Source: Azoarcus sp.
GTDB taxonomy: Bacteria; Pseudomonadota; Gammaproteobacteria; Burkholderiales; Rhodocyclaceae
NCBI GenBank assembly: GCA_031265765.1
Contig: JAISCE010000003.1
Coordinates: 11,738 to 75,737 of the forward strand
Direction: 5' to 3'
Length of the DNA: 64,000 bases
Within the stretch, counting starts at the first letter, position 1, and every line of letters starts with the position of its first letter. The position numbers and the translations under genes are program-made. The notes beneath the pieces were generated by a model. The model did no database searches and was not told the DNA's origin. It was given only the letters and a program-made list of their open reading frames with translations. Positions 63,077-64,000 of this stretch are shown here, one piece after another.

Positions 63077-64000
63077 TTACGGCGGCTTCATGCGGTCGTC
63101 CTCGGCAAGGAGCCTGCACAAGTCGAGGCGGCTTTGCGCCCGGCTTTTCCTGTAGGCGGACTTGAGGTGGGCCTTGACGGTGTTGACGGTCACGGACAGG
63201 CGCTTGGCGATGACCGGGTTGGAGAAGCCCTGGGCGGCGAGGCGCGCGGTGGCGTGTTCGCGGCTGGACAGGCCGAAGGGGTGATTTTCTCCATATAGTT
63301 TGCGCGTGACGGCGAGGCGTCCCGCCGCGAGTCGTTCCGCGAGGAGGCGGATGTTTGAGAGGCCCGCGGGGCGCAGTTCTTCGAGCAGCGGGGCGAGCGG
63401 GGCATACCCTTCCGCGAAGGGCAGCAGGAGGCGGTCGGGCAGGGCCAGTTCGAGCGCCGCGCGCAGGGCGGCGAGGGCTGCTTCGCGTTTTCCGAGCATG
63501 GACTGGGCGGCGGCGATCTGGAGGTGTCCGTGGAGCAGGGCGAGGACGGTGTGCAGCGCCCCGGCGAGGCCGAGGGCGGCGGGGGCTTCGCCGAGGAGGT
63601 TTTCCGGCTTGCCGTCGAGCAGCAGGCAGGCGGCGCGGCAGAGGTGGGCGCAGGGGAGCGCCTGGAGGAAGACGCGGTGGGGGAATGCGGCGGCGGGGCC
63701 TTCGCGCAGCCAGGCGGCGGCGTCTTGCGGGCGTTCGATGAGCGCCATGAGCCGGGCGCGGGCCATGTCGGCTTCCATGCGGTTGGATTTTTGCGGGTTT
63801 TCTCCGGCCAGGGCGTCGATGGCTTCCAGCGCGGCGGCGAAAACCGAACCTGCCGCCCCATCGCCGCGCTGGAGCGCCAGTTCGCCGGCAAGTCGTTCCG
63901 CGCCGATGAGGATGCTGGTCTGCGCGGCCAAGCCCGCTTCGTGCCGGGCTTGGTGGAGGAGGATTTCCGCCGCTTCCGCCTCGCCGCGGCAGAGGCAGGC
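63077..64000 (-). CDS. LuxR-family (MalT-like) transcriptional regulator, C-terminal part; the gene continues beyond the 3' window edge
   Basis: C-terminal HTH LSSREHATARLAAQGFSNPVIAKRLSVTVNTVKAHLKSAYRKS. The reading frame is still open at nt 64000. Confidence 0.65.
   Translation of the reverse strand, partial: ACLCRGEAEAAEILLHQARHEAGLAAQTSILIGAERLAGELALQRGDGAAGSVFAAALEAIDALAGENPQKSNRMEADMARARLMALIERPQDAAAWLREGPAAAFPHRVFLQALPCAHLCRAACLLLDGKPENLLGEAPAALGLAGALHTVLALLHGHLQIAAAQSMLGKREAALAALRAALELALPDRLLLPFAEGYAPLAPLLEELRPAGLSNIRLLAERLAAGRLAVTRKLYGENHPFGLSSREHATARLAAQGFSNPVIAKRLSVTVNTVKAHLKSAYRKSRAQSRLDLCRLLAEDDRMKPP

Overview
This 64 kb window is a GC-rich (~65%) chromosomal segment that looks betaproteobacterial (Rhodocyclales-like), with many spurious antisense ORFs caused by the GC bias.

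Housekeeping genes, mostly in conserved blocks:
- a large MshQ-like surface protein truncated at the 5' window edge
- alr
- tRNA-Ala(GGC), then a VapBC-type toxin-antitoxin pair, then tRNA-Glu(UUC)
- pyrG-kdsA-eno-ftsB
- ubiB, an SSF transporter, ubiU, and ubiV carrying a C-terminal SCP2 (UbiT-like) extension
- tRNA-Arg(CCT) and gltX
- yifB/comM
- holA and the rpsP-rimM-trmD-rplS operon
- smc-zipA-ligA and galU
- an AEC transporter

Accessory and variable content:
- a decayed prophage/integrase remnant next to tRNA-Arg
- a lower-GC islet (~20.0-25.1 kb) encoding a PAS-GGDEF protein, a GT-B glycosyltransferase with a TPR tail, an unknown protein, and a TagD-like cytidylyltransferase fused to a SAM methyltransferase
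- a MarR-family fragment
- an ECF sigma / anti-sigma / vWA lipoprotein operon
- a YjfI/PspA + YqiJ/YqiK (flotillin) operon
- a small RTX-repeat protein
- a second PIN toxin-antitoxin pair
- an autotransporter
- a partial LuxR-family regulator at the 3' window edge

A complete clade II (Sec-dependent) nitrous oxide reductase cluster lies at 48.7-58.5 kb: nosZ, two c-type cytochromes, nosB-like, nosD, nosG, nosH, nosF, nosL, nosY.

The most unusual non-coding signal is a ~115-nt leader shared almost base-for-base, down to the first two codons (ATG-AAR-CAA), by the vWA/ECF-sigma operon and the cytochrome c gene just after nosZ. Its hairpins show compensatory changes, which suggests a common structured regulatory RNA or promoter module.

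All calls rest on reading the translated ORFs and the sequence by eye. No database searches were run.
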